Source of the DNA: Malacoraja senta
Taxonomy: Eukaryota
DNA length: 64,000 nucleotides
Direction: 5' to 3'
Assembly (NCBI GenBank): GCA_038087875.1
Contig: JAXLNO010000438.1
Span: 620,001 to 684,000, forward strand
The stretch's first letter is position 1. Each line of letters starts with the position of its first letter. The position numbers and the translations under genes were made by a program. Below, piece by piece: positions 23,190 to 35,704 of this stretch. The notes below the pieces were generated by a model that was given only the letters and a program-made list of their open reading frames with translations, ran no database searches and was not told the DNA's origin.

Positions 23190-24440
23190 TGAACTTGTCA
23201 TGCCAACCAGGTTATTGATCCCCCTCGCAATGGCCCAATCTGAAAACAAACCCTCTGCACCAACGTTTCAGCCACACATTCACCTGTTCTAACTTTCCAG
23301 CCCCACTCTCACTAGCACAAGGCACTGGAAGTGATCTGGAGATTATTACCCTTGTGGTCCTGCTTTTTAACCTTTTATCTAAATCCCTATATTCACTCTG
23401 CAGGATCTCATCTCTTTTCCAATCTACGTCAATATGTCAATGTACACAACGATTTCTGGCTACTGAAGCTCCCCCTTGCAAATGTTCTAGACACGCTCGG
23501 TGACATCCTGTACCCTAGCACCAGGGAGGAAACACATTGTCCTGCAGTCTCATTTTCTGCCACAGGATTTCACTGTTCTCAGTCTCTGGGATGATACAAG
23601 ATCATCCAGCTGCAGCTGCAGTTCGCTCATGCAGTCAGTTAGGAGCTGCAGCTGGTGGCACATCCCACAGGTGTAGTCCTCAGGGTCAGTGGAAGTTTCC
23701 CTGACCTGCAGGAGGAGCATACCAGTGTACCTGGGCTTCCTCCATTGTCAGAGTGAGGCCCAATGCAAATTGGAAGAACAGCACCTCATATTTAGCTTGG
23801 GCAGCTTACAAATCAGCGGTATAAATATTGACTTCTCTAATTTCAAGTAACCCTTGCTTTCCCTCTATCTCCATCCCTCCCCCATCCTAGTCTCTCACCA
23901 GTCTGACTATCCTCCTGATAAAATTTTACATCGTCTGCCTCGTTGTCACCTTCCCCTAGCTAACAATGACCTATTCTACATTTTCCTTGATCTTTGTCCC
24001 CTTGTTTTTTCACACCTTACCTTCCATATCTCTTGTTTCCCTCATCCTTGACACAATCTGAATAAGGGTTTCAACTTGAAATGTCACCCATTCCTTCTAT
24101 CCAGAGATGCTGCCTGTCCCGCTGAGTTACTCCAGCATTTTCTGTCTATCTTCAGTGTAAACCAGCATCTGCAGTTCCTTCCTACACATACCAGTGTCCG
24201 AACTGCCATCCTGACTGCACTTAGATTAAGGAAAAAAGTTACGATAAAAAGACTTTACCTTATGTTGCCGTCACCTTCTGCTCAACCTCCTAGCCGATGC
24301 TTCATGAGCCAAAGCCTCAGCACTTCATCTCAACACATCTTCTCCCAAAACAGCTACTCCCAAATGGCCATTCCCCTCTGGCCTGCCATTTACACTGCAC
24401 AATGTGTAGACACCCCACACACCAAAGGTTGCTTATAAAA
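23190..24440 (-). mobile_element. Degraded CR1 5' region / ORF1 (zinc finger-leucine zipper), split by a Penelope fragment
   Basis: Minus strand VRETSTDPEDYTCGMCHQLQLLTDCMSELQLQLDD at ~23600-23706. Confidence 0.65.
23729..24186 (+). mobile_element. Penelope-like 3' fragment
   Basis: KLEEQHLIFSLGSLQ remnant plus pLTR; 11-bp TSD cataccagtgt (23718-23728, 24187-24197). Confidence 0.85.
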
Positions 24441-27121
24441 TCTCCCACACTGCTCCTCCTCTCAGTAACTCAGTCGCATGTGAAAATAACAAGTGTGAAG
24501 TATATTTGATTAATGCTAACCTTTCGACTTATGATTGTTTTATTTTCAAGCATTGTGCAGAATACTTTATGCATGGCTCCTTTGCAAGACAGCTTGAAAA
24601 GAATATCAAAAGGATTTTGTTACAGTGAATAGAGCTTAAAAATAAAAAATATATGTTTTACAGTATAATCATTTTGTTCTGTGGAAGCTAAATGACCTTA
24701 CACACAAAGAAAATGACGTATTTTTCCGTCACATGAATACTCCAATGAAAGAAAATGCCACATAACTGAGATGTGCATGAAAACTATATTTACTAGAACA
24801 ATGTGCCTGATCAAATTAAAATAAATGACATGAAAAGAGTTTCTGGTTGTCCATGTGCCTTATGATGTTTTTTTAAATTATTTTTGTTATTGAAAAGAGA
24901 TTTAAACAAATCATTAAGCATAGTCAAAGTTATTATGCAGAATTTAAACTGAATCTTTAAACTTTATGGTTTGTTTACTTATGGATCAACATCCATGTAT
25001 TCATTCAACATAAAATAAAATGCTTTATGTACAAAAAAGATGTGTTGATGGCCTAGGTACACCAATCTTTCTGTGGACAATACTTCCACCTGTTTTAATA
25101 TTTTCCAAGATATTTACTTGCCAATGTCCCAATATCTTTCATTTCAACTCACGCTTGTCAACAGATGCACAGATATTGGCTGCAAACCAACAGAGTCTTC
25201 TTTGAATGTACAGATTTAGTTCTGATAAAAACTTCAGGGTATACCTGCAAAATATTTGGTGCAGATTCCAGTTAATTCTTGCGTTTTGGTTGGAATTTTC
25301 AAAATTATAATCTTGGAAAGAATTTTTAAATGTCTCTGAATGTCATTCATATTCAGTGGAGAGGCAGGTCACAAATGTCTATTTCTCTCACTTGGGCATG
25401 CTCTAGGTCATGCAATGTTGTAAGCATGCCCAGTCACGCAGTCATATCAGGGATCAGCTTATTTGTGCAGAAAATCAAACACAATAAGTATTCAGACGTT
25501 GAAAATACAAAATAAAGGTAGCACCTCTACAGAGAGAAATGAAGTCAATATTTTAGCTTGTTGACTTTTCAACACAACTGAGGAAAGATCATCTGATCAA
25601 TCGTAATAATAGATCATTGATATAAACTGTTAACTCTGCTTCACTGTCTACATTAAAAAAAAATCTAGTAAAGAAGACAAAATCACAGCTTCTTAGTACT
25701 CATTAATACCGTCACAAAGAAAATTTGTAACTGCACTGAAATTATTTCTTGCTTAAAAACTTGTTTATGTAATATAATCTTTAGCCTGTTTTAATGAGAT
25801 ATCATAAACCTGATATGCTGATTCTGCTTCAGTCTTCACTTATGCTTGCTGACTGAGTATTTGCATTATTCTCTGTTTTTGTCAAGACCTGCCAACTTCT
25901 ACATGATTGTGACAAGATATTGACTGACAATACTGAATTTTTCCCAGTGGATGCATATGCAAAAATAGGGTGCAACTGTATTTCTAACCGCTTTAACATC
26001 CCCTTTAACACTATAATAATACTTACATTGTGAAATGCAGACTTGTTTTTCAAGCCTTTCTCATCATTTGGTTGTATCAATTATAAATGTACTTTTGAGG
26101 TATTGTCACAAACCTGGGCAATTACGACAATTTGTAGGATAGCCGGTGAATTAAATATTCATTAATGCAACAGGGAAAACATTTATCAATCGTAAATCCG
26201 ACAAATTGGATTTGAGATTACCTTTGTTTTCTTTTGAAGCCTAAAGCGTTCAGGTTATTTTTAAATTATATTTAAACTGAAAAAGAAATAAATAATTCCT
26301 GCATATTTTTACCTGATATATTCTCTGATACATTATGAATGTGGCAACTTATTTTCTATTTATAGTGTAGCTAAACAATAAGGAGGATGATATTTGGATT
26401 TGCACAATCAAATGCATAGCTACAGTCTCCAAGGCCTGGAGCACTGTTACTGAGTGCAGTCAGAGATGTTGAATTCAGAATAGACACAGCAGTGTGTCAT
26501 CTAATCGCTAATCAAATCCATGGGAATACTGCTAAATGGTATTTATTGCAGTTTTGATTCACTGTTATACATCCTATAAAGTTTATTTCTAGATTTGTGA
26601 AAGTACTTCCAGTTTGGCTCTGTGACTCAAGAGGATCTTTTACTAAGTCATCTTTTTTTCTCCTCTTCTGATTACTTTTTATCATCTGTTCTCTTGATTT
26701 CACAACTATATTGAACTAGTCTCAACATGTTCAGTGGCTGCAAACCAAATAAAAACCGTTTAATAAACAATCATTATTCCTTTCTCAATACAATCAAAGC
26801 CATCACTTTCTGTGACTGCAATTTGTTTTTAAAATTTAGAAAAAATAGTGGAAGACATGCAGAAACCTGTTTAATCTCACCCTCACTATTATGTAACAAA
26901 AGACCTGCCAAACTGATTAATTCATTTGCTGCACTATTAAATGAGATATCTTACTGTTGCCCTATGGCAAACACCACCCAAGACATGTTTGAAAACAAAC
27001 TGCTAACTAGAAATGAGATCACATTAGATTAAGTTTTATGCACCAAGCAATTTAATTTCTCTGAAATAATAAAGTCTTACAGCATGACTTTAGCTGATAA
27101 ATGATTTCAGGAAATTTGCGT

Positions 27122-27402
27122 TTTTAGCGATAAAGATGCAGCATGGAAACTGGATCTTTGGCCCATCGAGTTCACACCAACAATCAATCACCCATACACT
27201 AGATCTATGATATCCCATCCTACACATTAGGGGCAATTTACAGAAGCCAATTTACCTACAAACCTGCATGACTTTGGAATGTTGGAGAAAACCTACGCGA
27301 TCACAGGGAGAACAGAATGTACAAACTCTGCACAGATAGCAACCAAAGTCAAATCGGGTCTATGGCTCTGAGGCAGCAGCTCTACTGCTGCGTCACTGTG
27401 CT
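27122..27402 (-). mobile_element. tRNA-derived SINE (HE1-like)
   Basis: Match to SINE family. Confidence 0.75.
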
Positions 27403-27737
27403 CCTTTCAGGATAATTACCATAGGGATGATCACCATGCAGGAAATGTGGAGATCCAGAAAGACATATTTACATCCAATTATTTTGAAGTGACCTGGCTT
27501 TAAATAACAAATGATCAAGGAAAATTGGGTAAGATCTACTGTAGAGTTACCAAACAAAAAGAGACAAGAACAGCATTTTGTGCAAAAGCAAAGGTAATCT
27601 ACCTATTTAAATCATTGTGGTCATTGGTGAATTATCAGATAGGGAATTTCTGGATTTAAAACTAGAAACAATTAAAGAATTGCAATATATTTCCAAGTCA
27701 GGAGTGCAGTGTGACCAGGAAGGGAACATTGAGATGA

Positions 27738-28035
27738 TGGTGGTGCAATGGTAGAGTTGCTGCCTTACAGGGCCAGAGACTGGGTTCGATCCTGACTAAG
27801 GGTGATGGCCGTATGGAGTTTGTCCGTTCTCCCCATGAATGTGTGAGTTTTCCCCGGGTGCTCCGGTTTCCTCCCACATTCCAAAGACGCACAGGTTTGT
27901 AGGTTCATTTGGCTTGGATCAAAATTGTAAATTATCCCTGGTTTGTAGGATAGTGCTAGTGTACGGGGATTGCTGGCCGGCGCCGACTCGTTGGGTGAAG
28001 GGCCTGTTTCCGCGCTGCATCTCTAAAACAAACTA
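27738..28035 (+). mobile_element. tRNA-derived SINE (HE1-like)
   Basis: B-box ggttcgatcc, V-domain-like core, ctctaaaacaaact tail. Confidence 0.85.
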
Positions 28036-28129
28036 ATAAAATTTGAGATGATGGCGTTCCCAAGCACTTTCTAATGTTGTTTTTCTTGGTGGTAAGAATA
28101 GTTTGAGGATCCAGTTAAGAAAGTCTTAT

Positions 28130-28266
28130 GGTGTTAAAGAAGGAACTGCAGATGCTGGAAAATCGAAGGTACACAAAAATGCTGGAGAAACTCAGCGGGT
28201 GCAGCAGCATCTATGGAGCGAAGGAAATAGGCAACGTTTCGGGCCGAAACCCTTCTTCAGACCTTC
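28130..28266 (-). mobile_element. Penelope-like pLTR mini-insertion
   Basis: Intact ctgaagaagggtttcggcccgaaacgtt on the minus strand; 12-bp TSD agaaagtcttat (28118-28129, 28267-28278). Confidence 0.85.
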
Positions 28267-28279
28267 AGAAAGTCTTATA

Positions 28280-29200
28280 TTGTGGTCTTAGTATCCCAAT
28301 CACGGAAGATGTGAATTTTTAGAATGGTGGATGAGGAACTATGTTAGTGAACTACTTTATCATAAATCCCGCTGAGTTTCTTGAGCTGGAGGAACAATCA
28401 ATCAGTCTGATGGAAGGAGTGTTGCCTTCCATTGCTGATAGACTTATAGCTGAATGAAATGGGAATCAGGAAGTGAGTCACTTGCTGATCGATATTCAGT
28501 TTCTAAGGCTGTTATCAAGATATATCTTCTAGGCATTTCCTAGCAGTTGCTGCAGAAATGGTACTTAACACTTATTAGCTGACCTTTAATTGCCATCCAA
28601 GTCTTGTTTCACGGAGGCATGCATGCTTCATTAATTGAAGGGCTGGAACTGCAGCCTGCAATCACCATCAACGCCTGCTTTTCTGGCTTTATGGCAGAGG
28701 AAAAGTCATTGACAAGGCCACCAAAGATAGTTGGGTCAGGGATATTGCCCAGGAATTTGGGCCTTAGTTTCCAATAACCAGAATCATCTTCCTTTATGCG
28801 AGGTATGGGTGCAGCTAGTGAAAATTATTTTCCCTGATTTCCATTAACCCATTTTGCAATGGCCTTTTCATGCCACATTTGATCAAATGCTGCTTCAATA
28901 TACTGGACAATCAGTGAGAATGATATTGACTAAGTAGCAGCTGATAATGCTCTTGTGATCACCCTGCACTATTTTGCTGATGAAAGAGAGCAGACTGAAT
29001 GTGCAGTGATGGCCTGAAATGCATTTATTCTACTCATTGTGGATGGGACATATCTGGGCAACTTTTCACATTATCAGACAGTATTGTTGTAGTACTGAAG
29101 TAGTTAGCTTGAGCTGTGGCTGGTTCTGAAATACAAGTGTCCAGCACTCAACCAGGAAGCTGTTAGAGCATGACTTGCTTGTGCATGCACAGCTTAGTTG
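28280..29200 (-). mobile_element. Old, degraded CR1/L2-group LINE fragment
   Basis: Motifs such as atgccacatttgatcaaatgctgcttcaatat (minus strand ~DI.AAFDQMWH) and gggacatatctgggcaactt (~KVAQICP) are RT remnants. Confidence 0.55.
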
Positions 29201-29424
29201 CTGTGCTCCAAACCATCGTCTATGTTTTTGGATTCATAATGGAGTATAGATGTTACACTCAGTATCCTTGCTGCAATGCACTGCCCTTCAGCAATAAAAA
29301 GCTCATGTCTGGAAAAGTTGGACCACTTGGGAAATATCTCTCGGCAAAGGCAGACATTGGTGATGAAGTTCACCGTTGCCTTCACAGTGACCATACAACT
29401 TGGCCAATTGAAAATAAAGGATTT

Positions 29425-30141
29425 TCAAAGATCAAAGATCAAAGATCACGTGTGCCAATTAAGGTACAGTGATATTCGATTTACCATACAGCCATACTTT
29501 AAAAAGCAACAGGACACACAACAACTTAAAAGTTAACATAAACATCCACCACAGCAGATTTCCCACATTCCTCACTGTGAAGGAAGGCAATAAAGTCAAA
29601 CTTCTTCCCTCTATATTCACCCGCGGTTGGGGCAGTCGGACCATCCATAGTTGGGGCGATCGAAGCTCCCGAGGTGGGGTGATCAAAGCTCCCGCGTCGG
29701 GGCAGTCGAAACTCCTGCGGCTTGGAGTTCCCGAAGTAGGTCTCTAACAAAGGACCAAGAGCTCCACGATGTTAAAGTCCGTAGGCTCCCTCGGTTGGAG
29801 CTCTGAGGTTGATCCCCGACAGGGATGGCAAGCTCCACGATGTTAAGTCCTGCAGGCTCCTGCCGTTGGAGCTCCCGAAGTCGGTCCCCAGCACGGGCCG
29901 CCAATTCCACAATGTTATACCGCAGTGCGGACGGAGATACGATACGGAATTGCATCTCCTGAGGTAAGAGATTTAAAAGGTTTCCCTCAACCTCCCCCCC
30001 CCCCACCCCACCCCACCCACCCCCCACATAAAACAAAGAACTCTAAAACATACATTTAACACATAAACACATACTAAAAACAACAAAGGAAAAGGATGAG
30101 AGACTGTTTGCGAGGCAGCCATTATGGACACCACCCGGTGG
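29425..30141 (-). mobile_element. Non-coding LINE-tailed element (long SINE-like), type A
   Basis: (tcaaaga)n tail at left, block aacatccaccacagca...cactgtg..ggaaggcaa.aaagt shared with 39145-39190, GC-rich sub-repeated interior. Confidence 0.7.
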
Positions 30142-30189
30142 TTCAAGCCCTAGATATGGCAGCAAATACATGACCTATTACAACAGTGA

Positions 30190-30780
30190 TCTCAACCTCT
30201 ATCCTTCAGAGACCTCAGCAACGTAAGAAGGCACCTATAGACGATGTAAAGAAGCCGTCTCCACAATGTCCTCTAAATTGACAGGAAGGATATGCCAGTG
30301 TCAGTGCCCTCTGTCAAGCAAACATCCCCAAAACTGAGGGATAAAATCTCCAGTTTATACTCAGTCAGTCACGTTGGACAGGCCATATCATGCCCAACAC
30401 CAGAACAGACAGTCTATTCTGAGTTCTGACTGAGAAGAAGTTACCAGGTGGACCAGGAAAAAAATATTCAAAGGTGTGCTCAAAGAAGAAACACAATATA
30501 CCCACTGATTATTGGAAATCTGTAGCCCATGATTGCTCAAAGTGGAGAAGGAGCATTTGGGATTGTATTGAGAACCACCAGCCCAGGTTTGAAAAGCACA
30601 TTTAAATTATTTGTAAGCAGCAGGAGATGACATTTCACAAACTACCATTCCACTCACTCCGTCACCCGTCCCGCCAATCTGTGGAAGAATCTTCAATTTA
30701 TGCATTGGCTGGTCTCATCTGCCAACAATTCACAAAACTAAGCATGCTGATCTAATCATACTCAATCCAGATGGACTGTC
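30190..30780 (+). mobile_element. Degraded RTE-clade LINE 3' region
   Basis: QSRWTGHI, YSEF..KKLPGG, WKSVAHDCSKWRRSIWDC remnants typical of the RTE C-terminus. Confidence 0.65.
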
Positions 30781-31203
30781 CAAGAAAAGGAGATCTTCTT
30801 GTATTTCCCATTGCCCAGTTATTTCTAAATGTTACAAACCGATGGCAAAGACTGGATTCTGTTATAATCAGAACCCCAGAAGAAGAACAAAGGGCTTCAT
30901 TGTGTGGGACCACTTGTCTGAAGATGGTTATGTGACTCCAATCATTTGCAGTCATAAGTTTAGATCCAGTATTGTTGAGACTGGGATATCAATGGAGTTT
31001 GCTCCTCTCATTTAATTCACCACTCTAATGCATGAGATATTGTGGTTGCATTACAGATTTGTTAATTTGATCTGTTGCTTTTGGAAACTATTAATTTGAT
31101 CTGTTGGATTTGGATTTACTCATCTTTTTAGCATGCTGTCTTCAGTGCTTACCATTCATATGTTTGTAACTTCACCCAAATGACAAGTTTTTTAGGAGAC
31201 TTT

Positions 31204-31498
31204 GGGCGGCATGGTGGTGCTTCGGTAGAGTCGCTGCCTTACAGGGCCAGAGTCTCAGGTCCCTGGTTCGATCCTGAGTTTGTACATTCTCCCAGTGACC
31301 TGCATGCGTTTTTTCCTAGATCTTCTGTCTCCTCCCACACTCCAAAGACGTACAGGTTTGTAGGTTAATTGGCGTGGTATAAATGTAAAATGTCCCTAGT
31401 GTGTAGATAGTGTTAATGTGCAGGGATCGCTGGTCAGTACGGTTTGGGTAGACTGAAGGGCCTATTTCCATGCTGGATCTCTAAACTAAACTAAACTA
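31204..31498 (+). mobile_element. tRNA-derived SINE (HE1-like)
   Basis: gggcggcatggtggtgc head, B-box, (ctaaa)n tail. Confidence 0.85.
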
Positions 31499-31543
31499 AA
31501 AAAAGAAATAATGAACAGCAGATGCTGGAATCCGGAGCAAATT

Positions 31544-32072
31544 CAGGTCTTTAATGATACTTGATACAACTCTGGTATGCTCCCCTATGCTTATTGAATC
31601 AGGGTTGGTCCCATGTGTGTGTGTATCTTTATATAGAACTTTGTTAATCAGTACTGTTATCACCTCTGAAGAGATATTAATATAATCATTTCTCTTTCCT
31701 TTATAAATATATTGCAAAAACTGGTTATAAAATGCTTTAAAACTGATTTCTAAATATTATCTGTTTATGGCCACTGTTAGTTTTACTTTAACAAAGGCCA
31801 AGAGACATTTTATGGGGATGAATATGTTTTTCAGTTCTCACACTGCACTGTACAGTGTTATCACAATGTTATATGGGTTTGGTTCAAAACAAACCAACAA
31901 GATTCAACTGGACACCTATGAGATGTTGTGGTCAGGACTGTTTTCCATCAGAATATTTATCATTAATGCCCAGTAATTCACTCACTCTGCCATTACATAA
32001 ACCCGGAGACCAACCCTGATTCAATAACCATAGGGGAGCATACCAGTTGTATCAGGTATCGTTAAAGACCTG
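31544..32072. mobile_element. MITE-like element with ~68-bp terminal inverted repeats
   Basis: 31544-31612 is the near-perfect reverse complement of 32005-32072; it interrupts a pLTR remnant. Confidence 0.75.
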
Positions 32073-32411
32073 TCAAAATACATTGTGCTGGAGTAACTCA
32101 ACAGGTTAGGCAGCATCTCTGGAGGACATGGATAGATGATGTTTCAGGCTTCTCCAAACATAAGAGTGTGTGTGTGTATATATTTTAATATAGAACTTTA
32201 GATATATAATATAACATTTATTTATTTATTTTTTTGAAAAGAACTGAGAATGATAAAATCCTCAGAAATCTCAATGCCTTGTGACAAGGCAACATTCCGG
32301 TTTCTTTGTAATTACTTAACTTCAAAATAGTGAATAGAATCCCACAAAAATGTGAAGAAATAATAAAACATCTTGCAAGAAAAAAAAGAACACAATCAAG
32401 TGTTTTGCAAG

Positions 32412-33478
32412 GTACAAACAAATGCTGGAGAAACTCAGCGGGTGCAGCAGCATCTATGGAGCGAAGGAAATAGGCAACGTTTTGGGCTGAAACCCTTCTT
32501 CAGACTGATAGGGGGTGGGGAGAAGAAAGGAAAATGGCGGAGGAGGAGCCCGAGGGCTGAGGGATGGGAGGAGACAACCAGAGGGCTGAGGAAGGGGAGG
32601 AGAGAGCAAGGGCTAGCAAAATTGGGAGAATTCAATGTTCATGCCCCCAGGATGCAGACTGCCCAAGCGGAATATTAGGTGCATTTCCTCCAATTTCCGG
32701 TGTTGCTCGCTGTGGCCATGGAGGAGACCCAGGACAGAGAGGTCGGATACGGAATGGGAGGGGGAGTTGAAGTGCTGAGCCACCGGGAGGTCAGGTTGGT
32801 TATTGCGGACTGACCGGAGGTGTTCGGCGAAACGATCGACAAGCCTCCGCTTGGTCTCACCGATGTAGATCAGCTGACATCTAGAGCAGCGGATGCAATA
32901 GATGAGGTTGGAGGAGATGCAGGTGAACCTCTGTCGCACCTGGAACGACTGCTTGGGTCCTTGAATGGAGTCGAGGGGGGAGGTGAAGGGACAAGTGTTG
33001 CATCTCTTGCGGTTGCAAGGGAAAGTGCCCGGGGAGGGGGTGGTACGGGAGGGAAGGGAAGAATTGACAAGGGAGTTATGGAGGGAGCGGTCTTTGCGGA
33101 AGGCAGACATGGGGGGAGATGGGAAGATGTGGCGAGTGGTGGGGTCACGTTGGAGGTGGCGAAACTGATGGAGGATCACTTGTTGTATGTGACGGCTGGT
33201 GGGGTGAAAGGCGAGGACTAGGGGGACTCTGCCTTGTTGTGAGTGGGGGGATGGGGAGAGAGAGCAGTGTTGCGGGGTATGGCAGAGACCCTGGTGCGAG
33301 CCTCATCTATGGTGGAGGAGGGGAACCCCCGTTCCCTGAAGAATGAGGACATTTCGGATGCCTTGGTGTGGAACGCCTCATCATGGGAGCAGATGCGGCG
33401 TAGACGGAGGAATTGGGAGTGGGGGATGGAGTCCTTACAGGAAGCAGGGTGGGAAGAAGTGTAGTCCAGATAGCCATA
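32412..33478 (-). mobile_element. 5'-truncated Penelope-like element (RT C-terminus, GIY-YIG endonuclease, pLTR)
   Basis: ORF 32613-33179: CNRKRCNTC, NLIYCIRC..C..IYIGETKRRL..RF.EH; pLTR with hammerhead-like core at ~32475-32503. Confidence 0.95.
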
Positions 33479-34067
33479 TAGCCACTGAATAAATGCTTGA
33501 GATTGCTATCTCGTTTGCCCCATTTTGTCTCATAAATAAAGACCATTAGCAAAGAAAATATATATTAAACACTGCATTGTCTGTCTTTTAGTTTTATTAA
33601 AATTGCCTGGTATAAATGTTCAAGTAACTGCAGGGACTGCTGCAGTATCATGATAGCAACAAGCCTTCAGAAATTTCTTTGGATTGGATTATCTTATTCT
33701 GCTTTAAAACTGTAACAAGATGGTGATCTAGTGTTCAATTACAAAGGCGCTCTTCATCTGTTGACATTGTTTCTGTGTGGTTGGCTGATTATCAAACAAC
33801 AGGGTGTCATGAAGAGGTCACATTTTTATCTATGTATATACACTTGAACACGGACAGACACAGACCCATTACATCATCATCTATGCTGCCAGAGAGAGAC
33901 TTAATTCTGGACTAAACTTGGTGAATGTTTTTACCAAACTTTAGTAATTCTATTCTCATGTGCCAAATGGATTACAGAAGCAGTTGCAGAGAGATCACAA
34001 TAATATAATTCCTAATCTCATTTGACATTGAGACATGTATCTTTTCTGTAAACATCATTGGACATTA

Positions 34068-34267
34068 GAGGCCAATTCACTGGATGAATTTAAAAGAGAG
34101 TTAGATAGAGCTCTAGGGGCTAGCGGAATCAAGGGATATGGGGAGAAGCTAGGCACGGGTGACTGATTGTGGATGATCAGCCATGATCACAATGAATGGC
34201 GGTACTGGCTCAAAAGGCCAAATGGCCTTCTCCTGCACCTATTTTCTACGTTATGTTTTTTTTCTAT
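34068..34267 (+). mobile_element. CR1 LINE 3' tail
   Basis: ggaatcaagggatatgggg...gatcagccatgatc..aatgaatggcgg...ctcctgcacctattttcta. Confidence 0.85.
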
Positions 34268-34911
34268 GACAACTATGCGAACACTGATTCAGTATTTCAT
34301 TCCTAAGTGCAGAGGCACTGAAGTATCATGGAATACTTCAGATAAAGGACCCATGGATTGGGCTCTTACAAGAAGATCTATGAAGCTATTCTGAAGCTTG
34401 AATCTTTGCTTATTTACAGTGGTCCGAGTTGTGACACAACTCTTCTCAAGAAGAGGGACATTGAATTAGGAGGTGGTGTTGGAAATAAGATGCAATAATT
34501 TCTAGTTTCCATCTCTGATAATAAAATGATAGGATTAATATTGCTATATGGACAATCTTCACAAGCATATTTATGTAATTCTGTTTTTCATTAAAAGAAA
34601 TTCTGACTTTTGGCATGAGACACTGAACCAATTCCAAGAGCTCTGTAATTACAGTGTCGGAAGGTGGTCTCGAAACACTTTGTATATTCATCTAAAACTC
34701 CTTTCTCAGTAACTACTCTGATAATTCACAAGGGAGGCTCATTTTAATTTATCGATCCTTGGAGGTTCTAACATCACCTCTTAAATATTCATCTTGTCTG
34801 CCTACACTATTTTATGTAACCTATTTTCTATAACCTGAATACAATATACAAGAAAGATTTTTCTTCCAAGCCCTAAAAATGCCCTTTTCTAAAATATGAA
34901 ACAATATTTGG

Positions 34912-35192
34912 CCTCACAGTGCCAGAAAGCTATATTCGACCCCGACCTCAAGTGCTATCTGTGTGGAGTTTGCGGGTTCTCCCTGTGTCCGGCTGAGTGT
35001 CCTCCACGTTTTCCGATTTCCTTCCACTTCTCTTTGTAGGTTAATTGGCCTCTGTAAATTGCACCTACTGCATTGGAAGTGGATGCAAAAGTAGGAAAAC
35101 CTAGAACTAGTGTGAACGGGTGATCGATGATCAGTGTGGACTCAGTGGGTTGAGTGGCCTGTTTCTATCAATCAATCAATCGATCAATCAAT
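34912..35192 (+). mobile_element. tRNA-derived SINE (HE1-like), (tcaa)n tail
   Basis: Diverged match to SINE family. Confidence 0.7.
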
Positions 35193-35390
35193 CTGCTTGG
35201 CCTAATGTAAACATTACTCAGTAGTGCACTGGTATCTCACATCATTTTGGAAATAACAGAAAAATCAGCAGCAGAATCTATAGAAAGGGAAACTGTTAAC
35301 ATTTCAGGTCAAAGACCGTTCATCAGAACTGATTATATTTCAGATTTCCAGCTTTTTTGATTTTCAAATTATTTTAGTGCTATTACCACT

Positions 35391-35704
35391 ATGTTATTCC
35401 TGATGTTGGGGGAGTCCAGAACCAGGGGTCACAGTTTAAGAATAAGGGGTAGGCCATTTAGGACTGAGATGAGGAAAACTTTTCCACCCAGAGAGTTGTG
35501 AATCTGTGGAATTCTCTGCCACAGAAGGCAGTGGAGACCAATTCACTGGATGTTTTCAAGAGAGAGTTAGATTTAGCTCTTAGGGCTAACGGAATCAAGG
35601 GATATGGGGAAAAAGCAGGAACGGGGTACTGATTTTGGATGATCAGCCATGATCACATTGAATGGCAGTGCTGGCTCGAAGGCACCTATTTTCTATGTTT
35701 CTAT
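35391..35704 (+). mobile_element. CR1 LINE 3' end
   Basis: GESRTRGHSLRIRGRPFRTEMR...RVVNLWNSLPQKAVE plus the same 3' tail. Confidence 0.9.
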
